Position numbers and translations under genes: made by a program
Shown: in pieces, positions 42,321 through 55,063 of the stretch
How the letters are laid out: each line of letters begins with the position of its first letter
Numbering within the stretch: the stretch's first letter is position 1
Assembly: GCA_951406725.2 (NCBI GenBank)
Contig: OX597816.1
Coordinates: 32,736,001-32,800,000 of the forward strand
Source of the DNA: Octopus vulgaris
Lineage: Eukaryota
Length of the DNA stretch: 64,000 nucleotides
Direction of reading: 5' to 3'
The notes under the pieces: model-generated
Database searches by the model: none
What the model was told of the DNA's origin: nothing
What the model saw: the letters and a program-made list of their open reading frames with translations, nothing else

Positions 42321-42995
42321 AACGTATCTGTGTGAGCGTATGTACGATTTTGTTGTTATTTTCGTCTGTATATTGCGTTCATTTGAAATTACCTTATTTC
42401 GAAAATCTAATCACGAATATATTCAATTACATTGCACAATCAAATATAGGCTGCATTTTCAAATAATATTTTAAAAATCAAACCTATTCTAAAAGCAATA
42501 CTTTCAGACCGTTATTTAATTAGCTACAAATCTCAGCTTCCCGTATACCCAATCTGCACACTGCTTCAATACTTTTATTTATATGTCAATATATATGCGT
42601 GTGTGTATGTGTCTGTGTGAATTTGTGTGTATTCATGCATGTATGTATGTATATATGCATGCGTGTATATAAAGGTATACATATATTTTACATAAGTTCC
42701 TTTAACCTATAATGTGAAAGACAATTGCGCTTGGATTTTGTCCGGAATAAACATTTATTTGTATATCCTTTTTCTAAAAAATTGCATTGGTCTATGCACC
42801 AAGCCCTAGCACCAGACTTCCAGGAACATTATCTCGAGATCGTTTGATCTTTGAGAATTAAATCGTAAGTTGTGTTTTTATATATAAGAAATACACACAG
42901 ACATACACACACACACACGTACACACACATACACACATACATACATATATGTGAGTTTGTATATATATATATGTATACATATATATATATATATG

Positions 42996-43051
<56 letters not shown>

Positions 43052-43149
43052 ACGGGAAGCTTTATGAAAATAAACAAAGGACGAAGGCAGGTGGAAAACA
43101 AACGAACAATTGTATTAGTATGGCGCTCAGGAAATATAAATAAAACAAG

Positions 43150-43187
43150 TCTTTAACGTTTCGAGCCTACGCTCTTCAACAGAAAGA
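43150..43187 (-). ncRNA. Minimal Penelope-type hammerhead-like motif (A6 to U variant)
   Basis: TCTTT-CTGTTGA-A GAGC GTAG GCTC-GAAAC-GTT-AAAGA; located in the pLTR, where PLE hammerheads are known to occur. Confidence 0.6.
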
Positions 43188-43369
43188 TACACAGAGAGAG
43201 AAAAACACAGAAAGAAGGAGAGAAAAAAATGCGTGAAGTAGCTAACGAATCAACATGGCGATCTGATTTCGGCCAGAGGTCAAAGATCAAACATGAGACG
43301 CGAGAGCGAAATAAGAGGAGATAATAGGGTTGATAAAAGGGTTGAGGGACCAGCTAAAAGTGCGTGGGA

Positions 43370-43690
43370 GGGGTCTGGATGTGTGTATGTATAGGGTTGG
43401 TGTTTGTATTAGTATGTATAAGGGTGTGTGTATGAGAGAGTATTAGTGCGTAGGATTGGTCTGGACGTGCGTATGTATGGGGTTGGTGTATGTATTAGTA
43501 TGTATTAGTATGTATTAGTACGTATTGGTATGTATAGGTATGTGTGTGTGTGTGTGTGAGAGAGAGTATAAGTGCGTATGCGGGGTCTGGACGTGTGTAT
43601 GTATAGGGTTGGTGTAAGTATTAGTATGTACTAGTATGTATTAGTACGTGTTAGTATGTATTGGTTGGTGTGTGTATTAGTATGGCACAT
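43370..43690. repeat. Minisatellite in the Penelope 3' region
   Basis: Three units GGTCTGGA(T/C)GTG.GTATGTAT.GGGTTGGTGT with variable (TATTAGTATG)n. Confidence 0.8.
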
Positions 43691-43981
43691 CATATGTGAT
43701 GTGTAAAGTGATGTGGTGTAGTGAGGAGAAGAGGGGGAGGGGGAGAAGGGGGGAGAAGGGGAGGGGAAGAAGAGGGGGAGGAGAAGGGGGAAGAGGAGAG
43801 GATGGGGGAGAAGGAAGGGGATGAGGGGGATGAAGGAGGAAAGAGGGAGAGGTGAGAGAAAAGGGGAAAGAGGGAGGGAGAAAGAGGGAAGAAGGGAAGG
43901 GGAGTAGGGGTGAAAGGATGAAGGACTGAAGAAGTAGGGGTCGGGGGAAGAAAGGATAGGTGAGGAGGGGGGAGAGGGGGG

Positions 43982-45433
43982 TTAGATGAGGAGGGGGGTA
44001 GGGTTGAGACCAAATGGCGTATAAGAGCGAAGAGAGAAGATTAATTCCTGTTCACGGCGCAAACGGGAATCCGAATGGCATCTGTGTAAGGACAAACCGA
44101 ACACAGATAGGTGTTGCAAGGAGTGACCGGTGGAGCGGAAATGGCGTGAGACCGGTGTGTCGTTCGCAAGGTGGATGTCACAAAGGTGTTCCGCGAACCG
44201 GTCAGCCAAGCGGCGTCCCGTTTGTCCGATGTACACGGAATTGCAGAGAGAGCAAGAGATGCAATAGATAATATTGCTGGAGGTGCAGGTGAAGGAGTGG
44301 ATGATCGGATAGGGTCGATGGTGGGTGCTAGTGAGGCGGGTGGTGTTGGAGAGGTAAGGGCAAGTGCGGCAACGTGGGCGGGAGCAGGGGAACGAGCCGG
44401 GTTGGGAGGTAGGGTCAGGGAAGGAGCTATGGACCAAAAGGTCTCGAAGGTTGTGGGCTCGTTTGAAAGAGGGGAGGGGTCGGTTAGGGAAGAGGTGTGA
44501 AGTGGACGGGTCGGACTGGAGATGACGGAAAGCTCGAAGAATGGTGCGTTGGAGACGTAGGGTCGTGGGGTGGTAAATGAGGGGAAAAGGGAGGCGGGAG
44601 ACTACAGGGCGGGTTCGGGGAGAGAGAGCAGATACACGGTCCACGGACCATGCTATGGCAAGGGCGGTGTGGATAGTGGTGAGGGGGTATCCACGTAGGA
44701 TGAAGTGGTGAGCCATACGTTGAGACTGAGTCTCAAAGTCATGGTCGTCACTACAGAGCCTACGTAGACGGAGGAATTGGGAATAGGGGATGGAAAGCTT
44801 GGTGTGTTCTGGGTGGGAGGAAGAGAAGTTGAGGTATGAGTGTGAGTCTGTGTGTTTGTAGTGAATGGAGGTGGTAAGAGTGGAGTGAAGAATGCTAACC
44901 GAAATGTCGAGGAAGGAGACAGAGGTGTTGGAGATAGTGGAAGTGAAGTGGAGGGCTGGATGGAAAGATTGGACGAAAGAGAGGAAGGAATCTAGATGTT
45001 CGCGGGAGAGTGAGGTGGCACCGATAATGTCGTCAATATAACGACCATATAGTTCAGGAGTGGGACCAGTGAAATTAGAGAATATTTGGGCCTCAACATA
45101 GCCAACGAACAGGTTCGCATAGTTGGGGCCCATTCGCGTTCCCATGGCCACTCCCGATACCTGATGGTAGAACTCGCCCGCGAACGAGAAGCAGTTCAGA
45201 GTAAGGACAAGTTCGGCCAGACGAATGAGTGTGGAGGTGTCAGGTACAGGGTTAGAGCGGAGGTCAAGAAAGTGTCGAAGGGCCTGCAGTCCTTCGTGGT
45301 GAGGGATAACAGTATAGAAGCTTTGGATGTCCATAGTAAAAAGGATTTTGGAGGAGCCGGGAGGAAAGGAGAAAGAGTTGAAAAGCCGGAGAGCATGGTT
45401 GGTATCGTGGATGTGGGAGGGAAGAGATGCCAC
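43982..45433 (-). CDS. Penelope-like reverse transcriptase + GIY-YIG endonuclease (483 aa open; N-terminal continuation frameshifted)
   Basis: RT motifs TMDIQSFYT, GVAMGTRMGPNYANLFV, RYIDD and FLD; linker CSRPRCRTC; EN motifs IIY..YIGQT..RFAEH. Upstream 45440-45665 gives [18 protein letters not shown] in another frame. Confidence 0.95.
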   Translation of the reverse strand: MASLPSHIHDTNHALRLFNSFSFPPGSSKILFTMDIQSFYTVIPHHEGLQALRHFLDLRSNPVPDTSTLIRLAELVLTLNCFSFAGEFYHQVSGVAMGTRMGPNYANLFVGYVEAQIFSNFTGPTPELYGRYIDDIIGATSLSREHLDSFLSFVQSFHPALHFTSTISNTSVSFLDISVSILHSTLTTSIHYKHTDSHSYLNFSSSHPEHTKLSIPYSQFLRLRRLCSDDHDFETQSQRMAHHFILRGYPLTTIHTALAIAWSVDRVSALSPRTRPVVSRLPFPLIYHPTTLRLQRTILRAFRHLQSDPSTSHLFPNRPLPSFKRAHNLRDLLVHSSFPDPTSQPGSFPCSRPRCRTCPYLSNTTRLTSTHHRPYPIIHSFTCTSSNIIYCISCSLCNSVYIGQTGRRLADRFAEHLCDIHLANDTPVSRHFRSTGHSLQHLSVFGLSLHRCHSDSRLRREQELIFSLRSYTPFGLNPTPLLI

Positions 45434-48400
45434 TAGGGGGCAAGGACACGGTCGAGGTATGTAGAGATGAGCTCCGTGGGGCAGTTACAGGCGGAGATGA
45501 TGGGGCGGCCAGGGTTGTTGGGTTTGTGGATTTTGGGGAGGAAGTAAATGGTGGGGGTACGTGGGGTTCGCACAATTAGGTTGGATGCGGTGCGGGGGAG
45601 ACGGGAGGACGAGATGAGGTCTTGGACAGTAGAGGATACCGTCTGTTGGTAGCTACGTGTGGGGTTAAATTAATATAAAGCATTAATTTTGAGTGAAGCC
45701 ATTTCACAGCTTATGACAAGGAGACAATACTGTTCCCTAACACCAATGTTAGTAGGTGAAATTGTTAAAAGCCTAATGTGATAGCGTAGTCCTTTGCAGA
45801 TGGAATACAATTGAATTTGTTGCAGCCATAGTAGTTGCATTGTAGCACTATAGAAGTTGCTAGAGTAGTTTTATTTGCTTATTTTGAAATGTTTTATTCA
45901 AATATTACAAATAATTCATTTTCTTTTCAATCTCATCCTTTGCGCTTCTTTCTTCAATTAGTTCAGCGAATGTAATTGTACGTCGTTCCCCATAAAAGAT
46001 TCGCATTTTCGTACAATCCAATGGGTAGATGATTTCTTTTTGATGTGACATTGATTGATATATAAATCTAACTTCTTTCCTTGTTTTAAAAAAATATCTT
46101 CTCATGTTATTGTTTCTACTCATTTTCTTAAAATTTTCCTATATAATTATTAAGCAATGTTATCGACGTAAATAATTATATGCCGTAAACAGCTTAAAGA
46201 GAGCATTCTAAATTAATATGCAATTTCTTAGTTAACAATTTTATATTATGTCAAGTAGATCAGTTTATTTGAGTTACATAATGCATCATATTTTCTTAGA
46301 TTCATCGCAGGAACATATGACTTAATATTCAGTGCTATTTGTGGAGGCATTACTAAAATATATATGAAGGGGGTTAAGCTTCTAATTCTAGGAGGCCTTG
46401 TAACCGTTGGAGTGTCTCTCACTAGCGCATCACACCCAAATATTGTTTATGAATATTTTACTTTCTCCGATAATTATTTTAAACTTTAGATGGAAGTTAC
46501 TGTAATTTCTAATATTTTTAACGGTAATGTATAGATTGGACACAATATACATCGGTATGATAGTCAGTGATGTATAACAGGAGGTATACTCTCGCTAATC
46601 TCAGATGGCGAAACAATATGAATTGTTAGTGGTTAGAGTATATTCCTTCGGAGGGTAATTGATCAATCATGTGGAATGTTTGATAATAAAGGCAATTTGG
46701 AAAGCGAAAGCATTCGTTCAACTGGAAAGCCAATCAAATGCGAGGAAATTATTTAACTGAAAGAATGCATTCTGTGCAATTCGTTTCTCTTTCAAACGAC
46801 GAAGCCGTTCCATATTTCATTGACCTCTTGGAAATATAAGTAAATTCATCCAAATTATTATCGCACACTGTCCTTTAAAAGTGCAACGCATGTATCTTGA
46901 CTATGCTGTAATTATCAAGCTGAAACGAACTTTGTACAGGTGTTTCTTTTTAATAAACTTGTTAAGCTGACGCTAAATAACATCCATTTTATAAATAAAT
47001 CTAACGTAAAAGACGGGAAGATTTGAAGAAACAGGCATGTTTTAAAATTATCTTCCCACTGAATCGCAAGGAATGGATTTATTCCAGTCTCGTAAAACTT
47101 TAATTAATATTTTTCATAAATATGATGGCGTTTGCCTTCCAGTAAGAAATATATTACCTTAAGCATCGTCCACATCGTGTCGGAATTAATTGGCTAAATC
47201 TATTTCCATTCATCAATAAAAATAAATATATCCATATTTATATATGACTCCTCGAATTTACTATATTTTGTTGATATATATGCAATACATTGCTGCCGAC
47301 TGAACAGAAATCAGTATTGAGCAAAATGAAAAAAGGAAATAAATCTATGCAATATTAATTAATATTTTAATTAGTTCATTATGACTTAATTAGCCAATAC
47401 GGTATCACTATAATTTCATAAGTGACTTGCATATTAACAAATAAATATAGCATGTAGAAGAGATAACACGGATTTTAGTTTTTCAATGAATACACAAATA
47501 TATAAAGACAATGTTGTTGAAAGCAGCATTTTTCTCTCCTGCTTTGAAATATTCAAGAGGATTCTCTGATTGTTTAGATCTTGCACAATTTTATTACGAA
47601 AACGTTTCATATTTTTTTGATTACTTGAGGCAATATCTTAGAAATCTAAATCCACAAAATGAATAAATTCACACAAAAAAATATCGCTTCAAGAAAATTT
47701 AATATAAAAAATTTAGAGAAATAAGCACAAAAATATTCGTAGCACACAACAATGTGATGAAATTTTAATAGAATCAAAAGAAGTCTGGAAGCATTAAACA
47801 TAATTTTAAAGTTTCGTCTGCCAATTTGCATTGATTTACTTTGATATGTCTTGAGGACGAATTGCACAGCCCTTTGTGAACTTTCTGACATTTCCCCATC
47901 ATTCTTCAAATGTCAATAAATTAAATGATTTTAACACAGCACTAAGAAAATGAGAAACAAGAACGGATTTGGAGCCTGAATTGCTGAAACATTAACAGAA
48001 GGAATGGTTACATTTCATTATATATTCCATATTTTGTTGTCAGTGCTTTTCTTTAAGCAAATGAAGCAAGGATGTACGAAATATAAAAAAAAAAAGCATA
48101 CACCTCTTCAATAGGACAAATGTCTTAAAGCAAGATGATCAGATAATTCTGAATGTGTTTGGAGTTGAATTTGATGAAAAGATTCTGTTTCTTCAACAAA
48201 AGTAACTACTCAATATTATAGTATTTTGAAGATTTCGGCAACTTAACGGAAATTAATCTACTACATTAATATTATTGGTAGAAGCACGAATTTCGAAAAA
48301 CAGGATTTACCAAAGGTAATACGGTATATGGATATTGACCTCGTGCTGAAACACTTCAGGTTTACGGCCGATTGAAGAAAAAAAATTATATTATAGAGAA

Positions 48401-48682
48401 AGTGGCGGTTAACATTCCGAATATAATTTGTGTCTAAATTTAATTTTTCAAAATATTTCCTAGAAATGGAGTTTTTGATCAAGGTGTTCTGTTTTCTACT
48501 TTACAGTCAGAGCCATTTCAGTAGCGAGCCATGATACCATTCTAGTTATTCACTAGCAAAATATTCGTTGCATTTGAAACAAACCTACGTTAATAATAAA
48601 TATTACTTAAAAAGGGAAAAAAGGTGTAAGTAGGATGTGGTATACGCACAGAGTCTAAAACAGTGAGAGACTTCCGACTGTA

Positions 48683-48690
48683 GTGATAAC

Positions 48691-48763
<73 letters not shown>

Positions 48764-48836
48764 GTAACAATAATAATAATTAATGAGAAGAAGAAGAAGA
48801 TGAGGAGGAGGAGGAAGAAGTAGAAGACGAAGAAGA
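48683..48836. repeat. (AAT)n followed by (GAA/GAG)n
   Basis: Direct reading. Confidence 0.95.
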
Positions 48837-49014
48837 ATGCAACTGTGACTGGGCGAGATTGGAATAATATGCCCGGTGGAGTATAGAACTTTTCTCTCAG
48901 ATTATCAGGAGCGTCCTAAGCACTTCAAAGTCTGCTGCAGCCTTGTGGATACCACAGAATCGCTACCGGGAATAAGACCGGGCCTAAAACAAACCAAAAT
49001 AATATTTAATATTA

Positions 49015-49019
<5 letters not shown>

Positions 49020-49087
<68 letters not shown>

Positions 49088-49238
49088 CAGTAGTCTTATT
49101 TTTACTACGTACATTCACTGCACTAACGGTGCGCGGCTCTGTGTGACATGGGCATGTTCTGTGGTTTGTTACGATTATATTATTTTTACTGTATTTAAAG
49201 TGATTTACGTCGGATGTGTGCAGTGCCAAATAGTGTAT

Positions 49239-49293
<55 letters not shown>

Positions 49294-49620
49294 TAGTCCT
49301 TGCGTTTTTGTTTTGTATTTGTGTGAATATTTTTCTATAGTATCTAATACGCCTATTATGATAGTGATTGTTTGTTCTTAGACTCTACTTTCGCGTTATC
49401 TCTATTTCAATCTCTTTGCAATTTCAAAGCTTCTCCGTTTCTCTTAGTCAAATATTGTCATATGTTTGTATAGAAGCATCGATTAGAAGGCATCTTCTCT
49501 TGGGGAGAATATAGACTCTCAGACAACTATATCCGGCCTATTGGCCTTAATTTTTTTATCTGTGTGCATTGACATTGCTGTGTGGCTATCAACTACGTTT
49601 TCCTGGTGTATTTTTCTTTT
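49020..49620 (-). mobile_element. R4/Dong-like non-LTR retrotransposon 3' fragment (RLE endonuclease) with (AAT)n tail
   Basis: Minus translation HTDKKIKANRPDIVV..LLIDASI..EK..EIEITR..IIIGVLDTI..TLFGTAHIRRKSL*, followed by a short UTR and (AAT)n at 49020-49086. Confidence 0.85.
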
Positions 49621-50684
49621 GAGTGTTCTATTTCTATTTCTGATATATTTTTGTTGATATATATGTCCGTAGGTTAGCTACTTTATTAGGGTTAAATGCT
49701 GTATCCAAATCTTTATCTAGGTTATTTTCTTCCAGATTTCATATGTATATAATGTTGTATTTTTGTTCTGTGGGTAGAGCACTGTTGTAAAATAAGAATG
49801 TTGGTTTGAAATACATTCCTCACGTGTTACTCCAGAAAGAGTTACACGCGGGTCTTTATTTTGAATATTATCATTTTCGTAGGGTACGTGTCCGTTCATT
49901 TCTGATGTTAAATGGCTTTGCACTTATACTTTCGTACTTTCTATGTATCAAGTTTTAAGTTCGTACTTCCCGTTTTATTTTATTCTTTAGTTTAATTAAT
50001 ACGGAAACGATATAACTCATTTTTAATTTTTTGTCCATGGTGGTTGGAGATGGGGTTGGTCTGATATTGATTGTATCTTAATGAGGATAGCGTGTTTACC
50101 TATCTGGTAAACATTTAGAAAATAGAAGTAAATTTTAATGAGTATTACTTAATTAGATATAGTTCAATTATTTTAATGTTTATTATTACATGCGTATAAT
50201 CCAGCATTTTGACAGTGTGGCGAGCGTGTTTACACGTGTTATGCGAGTGACAGAGATGATAGGCAGTTAAAATACATTGATTCATTCGGAAAATAGAAAA
50301 ACATTTTATTAGTATTAGTTACTCGGATATAGTCTAACACCTTGTCAGTTATATTAGGCTCAATTTGTTGCCTCAATACCGATGTTTTGGGATATATTTG
50401 GGAGGTGTCTTTTATCGCTCTCACATGTTATTATTTTTGTCGTTTTGTTGTTATTGTTGTTTGCATCATTATAAAGTTTGATTTATAGAAATAGTTTGTT
50501 TTTTGTTATATATAACACTGCTACCTCTCGTTTAGCTCCTTCTCTATCGGATTCTAAACTCGTTGCCGCTTCCACTATTGCCTATATTTTACACTCCTTC
50601 TTCGCTATTACCGTCATAGACTTCAACATGATTCTAATGAGTACAATCTTCACTACAATCTGCTTAGTGAAGATTTATCCTCAT

Positions 50685-50820
50685 TGTCGTCCTCGCCGTC
50701 GTCGTTGTCGTCGTCGTCGTCGTCGTCGTCGTCGGAAACACCACCGTCACCACAACGATGACCACCACCATCGATGTCGTCGTCGTTGTCATCATCATCT
50801 TTTCCGTCATCATCATCCAC
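50685..50820. repeat. (CGT)n/(CAC)n/(CAT)n microsatellite
   Basis: Direct reading. Confidence 0.9.
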
Positions 50821-51407
50821 AAAATTTCTTTCTGATTACGCTTTTAACATGTTTCAGCCGTTCTGCTCTGGCATTGGTCGAGCACTACCTTGATTGAGCC
50901 AGACTTCAGTACTAATTTTGTTTCAAAAGCTGCTACTTCTACTGTCTGTCTTTTGTGAATTAAAGATACACAATGATATAAAATCGTAATTAATGACATA
51001 TACACATCATAATCGTTGATGTCTACTGTGGTTGTAGTAAATTGAAAGAAATTTGCTCTATGCTATTTAGCGTTGCCGAAATTTACAGCATAGCTTATAG
51101 TATTCATGAATTAATAAAACACATTCACATTGTTTTCTTGCTTGCTTATATAAACAATTCTTATTCTCCTATATAAACCATTACTTGTGACATTTACAAT
51201 CACAGTATTTCATATAATTCGTTATATAACTTTCACTGAGCAGATATACATAATTTATTACAGTATTTGTGTTTATGAGGTGGGAAGATTTAGATAGTTT
51301 GCAAAATGAGTGATTACAAGGTGTAATGAATATATATATATATACATATATATAAATGTCTGCGCGTATGTGATTTGATGTGTGTGTACATACATGTATG
51401 TTCTACA

Positions 51408-51568
51408 GGAGGAAGAGTGGCTGTGCGGTAAGAAACTTGCTTCCGAACCACATGGTTCCAAGTTCAGTCCCAATGAGTAGCATCTGGGGGAAGTGACTTC
51501 CCCAATACGCTCGGGCTGCCAAATGACCTGTGATTGGATTTGGTAGGCACAAACTGAAAGAAGCCTGT

Positions 51569-51634
<66 letters not shown>

Positions 51635-51660
51635 TGCATTTATGTGTCTGTGTTTCTTTC
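51408..51660 (+). mobile_element. SINE family A 5' half, diverged
   Basis: GAGTGGCTGTGCGGTAAG..ACCACATGGTTCCAAGTTCAGTCCCA..GGATTTGGTAG..AAACTGAAAGAAGCC, then (TA)n. Confidence 0.8.
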
Positions 51661-51754
51661 GCTAGAAAGTTTTATTAAGTGTCTATATTTGTACTCGTAT
51701 GTGTCCCATTATATATGGGTACATGTGTGTATTTGTCTGCGGATGTCTATGTCT

Positions 51755-51813
<59 letters not shown>

Positions 51814-51833
51814 CATACACACACACACATATA

Positions 51834-51879
<46 letters not shown>

Positions 51880-51882
<3 letters not shown>

Positions 51883-52606
51883 AAAAGATAAAGAGTCAAA
51901 AGGAAGATTAAATACGGTTAGGCACCTTTTTAATCGCTAGAAATGTTTAGATACATACAGATCCTCCTATATACAGGATGTAAAATTTAAATTAAATTAT
52001 TTTACGATTTACCTGTATAAGAAAATCTATAGGTATCCCCTCAGGCGATACTCAGTTGCTATCTCCACAAATAAAATTCAGATTTCGATGCTGTAACATC
52101 CATGGCTTCTTCTTTGAAATTAATAAACGCTGACGGTTTCAATTCGCTCGGTTTATTTATTCAACGGTATATCAGTATGTAAGTGATTGTATAAGCACGA
52201 TCTAATGGATGAATGTATTTTGCGTAATGGTATAGTATGGCATGTACAGAATAACATGTTGAAACTGAACAAATAAACAAACACCGTGCACATTGTAGCT
52301 CATGTTGCACGTGATAATACACCCATACCGAGCAAATTGAAACCACCAGGCGTTTCAAAGAACAAGCCATGGATATTGCAGCATGGAAATCTAAATTTTG
52401 CTTATGGAGATAGCGACTGAGTATCGCATGAGGATATAAATATATATATACATCTTATATATCTTCTTATACTAGTAAATCGCGAAACAGTTTAATTTAA
52501 ACATTAAATCCTGTATACAGGAGGATCTGTATGTATCAAAAAGTTTCTGGCGATTATAAAGCTGCCTAACCCTACTTACTCTTCCTTTGACTATTTTACT
52601 TTTTAC
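51880..52606. mobile_element. Foldback/MITE-like element with about 270-bp imperfect inverted repeats
   Basis: 51880-52153 is complementary to 52327-52606 (e.g. GATACATACAGATCCTCCT / AGGAGGATCTGTATGTATC and GCGATACTCAGT / ACTGAGTATCGC). Confidence 0.85.
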
Positions 52607-52748
52607 TTTTTATTTTCACACAAGAGGAATACCTAAGACTAGAATTAGTAGCACAACCATAAAAATGCTACCGGCTGTTTGGGAATTCTAAGGGTGAACG
52701 AGTTTTACTTGTACTCTTATACGTTCTTAACAGAACACCCCTAAACTG

Positions 52749-52827
<79 letters not shown>

Positions 52828-52843
52828 GGCATTATTATACATA

Positions 52844-53075
52844 CATGCCTCACGCATGTGTGCAGACCTCCATATGTATTTGTGCTTCGATACACATAGG
52901 CAATGTTGTCAACATCATTGAGGATATCACGCTTGGAACTGTAGCGATTCAAATGAAACTGCACCTCTACATCAGTGCTATAAATCACTGTCCTCACTCG
53001 AACATTACCCGAGTCAATACTAGCATCCGACAGAAAATCTTTCATGAAAGCTAATATTTTCTTGAAGTTTGCATC
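52844..53075 (-). pseudogene. Partial von Willebrand factor A domain (collagen VI/matrilin-like)
   Basis: DANFKKILAFMKDFLSDASIDSGNVRVRTVIYSTDVEVQFHLNRYSSKRDILNDVDNIAYVYRSTNTYGGL is a typical VWA stretch. The DxSxS MIDAS and the C-terminal half are missing, and there is an in-frame stop just upstream. Confidence 0.8.
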
Positions 53076-53148
53076 TTATGAGGTTTTTCACGCTATCTAC
53101 CTGATAATTTCTTGTTAAGATTCCTTATTAAGAAGTTATCCTTAATTG

Positions 53149-53184
<36 letters not shown>

Positions 53185-53284
53185 TCACATACGTATATTA
53201 AATATTTATATAAGTACGTACGCAGACCCAGACACTCACGTACATGCAAAACGAGGCACGCATACACACACTCATGCCATATTC

Positions 53285-53323
<39 letters not shown>

Positions 53324-53458
53324 TCAATAAATGGTGGGGTTGTGTTCACCGCACGTGGAGAAATGATAAGTAAGGAAAAATTTTTTTAAATGCAGAATGC
53401 TCAAATGAAAGAAAATTTTAATAAAATGAGAAATTGATAAAATATATAAATATATATT

Positions 53459-53499
53459 TATTCAACCGGTTTTCGTCATTGTATGACTTGTCAAGAATA
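53459..53499 (-). ncRNA. Minimal hammerhead-like fold with U3-A8 core
   Basis: TATTC-TTGACAA-GTCA TACAA TGAC-GAAAACCGGTT-GAATA. Confidence 0.5.
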
Positions 53500-53973
53500 T
53501 TTATGTTTTAAAAAGTTTTTTTAAAAATTAGAAAGGGGAAAAAAAGAAAATTGCATTGTTTTTTGCAAAATAATAATGATAAAAATGTACAAAAATTAAA
53601 AAATAAGTACTCCGATACATTGTGAGTTCGTTGTGTATCTTGAGTTTTATGATTGTTCACGAAAAAATTACCTTGAGGTATTAAGATCCAAAGGGATTAA
53701 GAGCATGTGTTGTGTGGTTTAATTCAGCATGTTTGCAGGACAGGAAGTAGTAGTAATTGTGGTTCTTCAGTTCCTGTGTTGTGAGTAAGGGGAGACAACT
53801 CTTTTGAGTTCTTCAATAAAACCCAAATTATAAAATTATCATTTTAGCTTCATTTGCGTTATCTTTTTTATATAATTGCTTGTTAACTTAACTTTCAGCT
53901 TTTAACACTTTATTTATATTATTTTCTAATTATATAAATCTGCATAGATAATTGCATTTCAAATTGTCGTTTC

Positions 53974-54058
<85 letters not shown>

Positions 54059-55007
54059 TACATACATATATAGATACATTTATCTATATATACGCGTCCA
54101 AGATTTTAAAGTTACTTCACTAAATACATGCTATTCCGATACTATATAAGGATTTTTCAAAACCTGGGAATGCGGTTACGTAATGGAATTGGGTGATATA
54201 TATTGGGTGATGCTCCGATATACACGTAGGAGCCTCCTAAGCTAATCATAGGTATTGTCTATTGTTTATGTTATATATATATATGTATATATTTATATGA
54301 ATAAATAAATGGAGTTTAACGCAGGTGTAAATCAAGGTAAAAATACACTCATCTATATATATATATATATTATGTACACGGACGCACTAACACACACACT
54401 CACAGATACCCACAGACATGAAAATTTTTTGGAGGTTTGAAAGATGCAGCATGTCGGGCTTTATGACCGGATTACACATAGATATCTAAAGTATTTAGGA
54501 GTAGAAAATCCAGATTTAGTGAAGATTAAAATACAATCCAAATAGAAAGCCGAAGAAAGACTTTCGAACATCTTTAATGATCTGTATCAAGTGTTCTGCT
54601 AAATCCACTTTCACGAAAATCTCCAAGTACAAATTTACGTAATCTTTTAGGTCTTAAACTCCACTTTTTCTTGCTCCTCTAATTTGTATGCCTCTACTTG
54701 TTCTTGTCCTTCTTTCAACTCATTGTTTTACAGTTTATTTGAATTTTCATCTTTTTATACTTTGTGTTTCTTCCCGTTATATGCAAATCATAAATAAAAA
54801 AAATGGCAAAACCACAATGTTACAGTGCAACATTGATGCAGATCCAGCAAATTGTCATTCCAATATTTGGAACATCAAATTTTACGTACATTTTTATTCG
54901 AAAATTTTTGTGTGGGCTGAATTTAAATATAACTGATCACTAAAAATGTGCCAAATGTCTTCTATATCTTCTAATTTGGAATATATATAAATATATATAC
55001 ATACATA

Positions 55008-55063
<56 letters not shown>

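Larger units (their letters stand above)
43050..45666 (-). mobile_element. 5'-truncated Penelope-like element (Neptune-type) ending in (TA)n
   Basis: RT + GIY-YIG ORF, a pyrimidine-rich and minisatellite 3' region, and a terminal repeat shared with 5283-5469. Confidence 0.93.

Noticed and set aside
44014-45575. Plus-strand and alternate-frame ORFs over the Penelope ORF
   Set aside because: They are shadow ORFs caused by the strong C/T bias of the coding strand.
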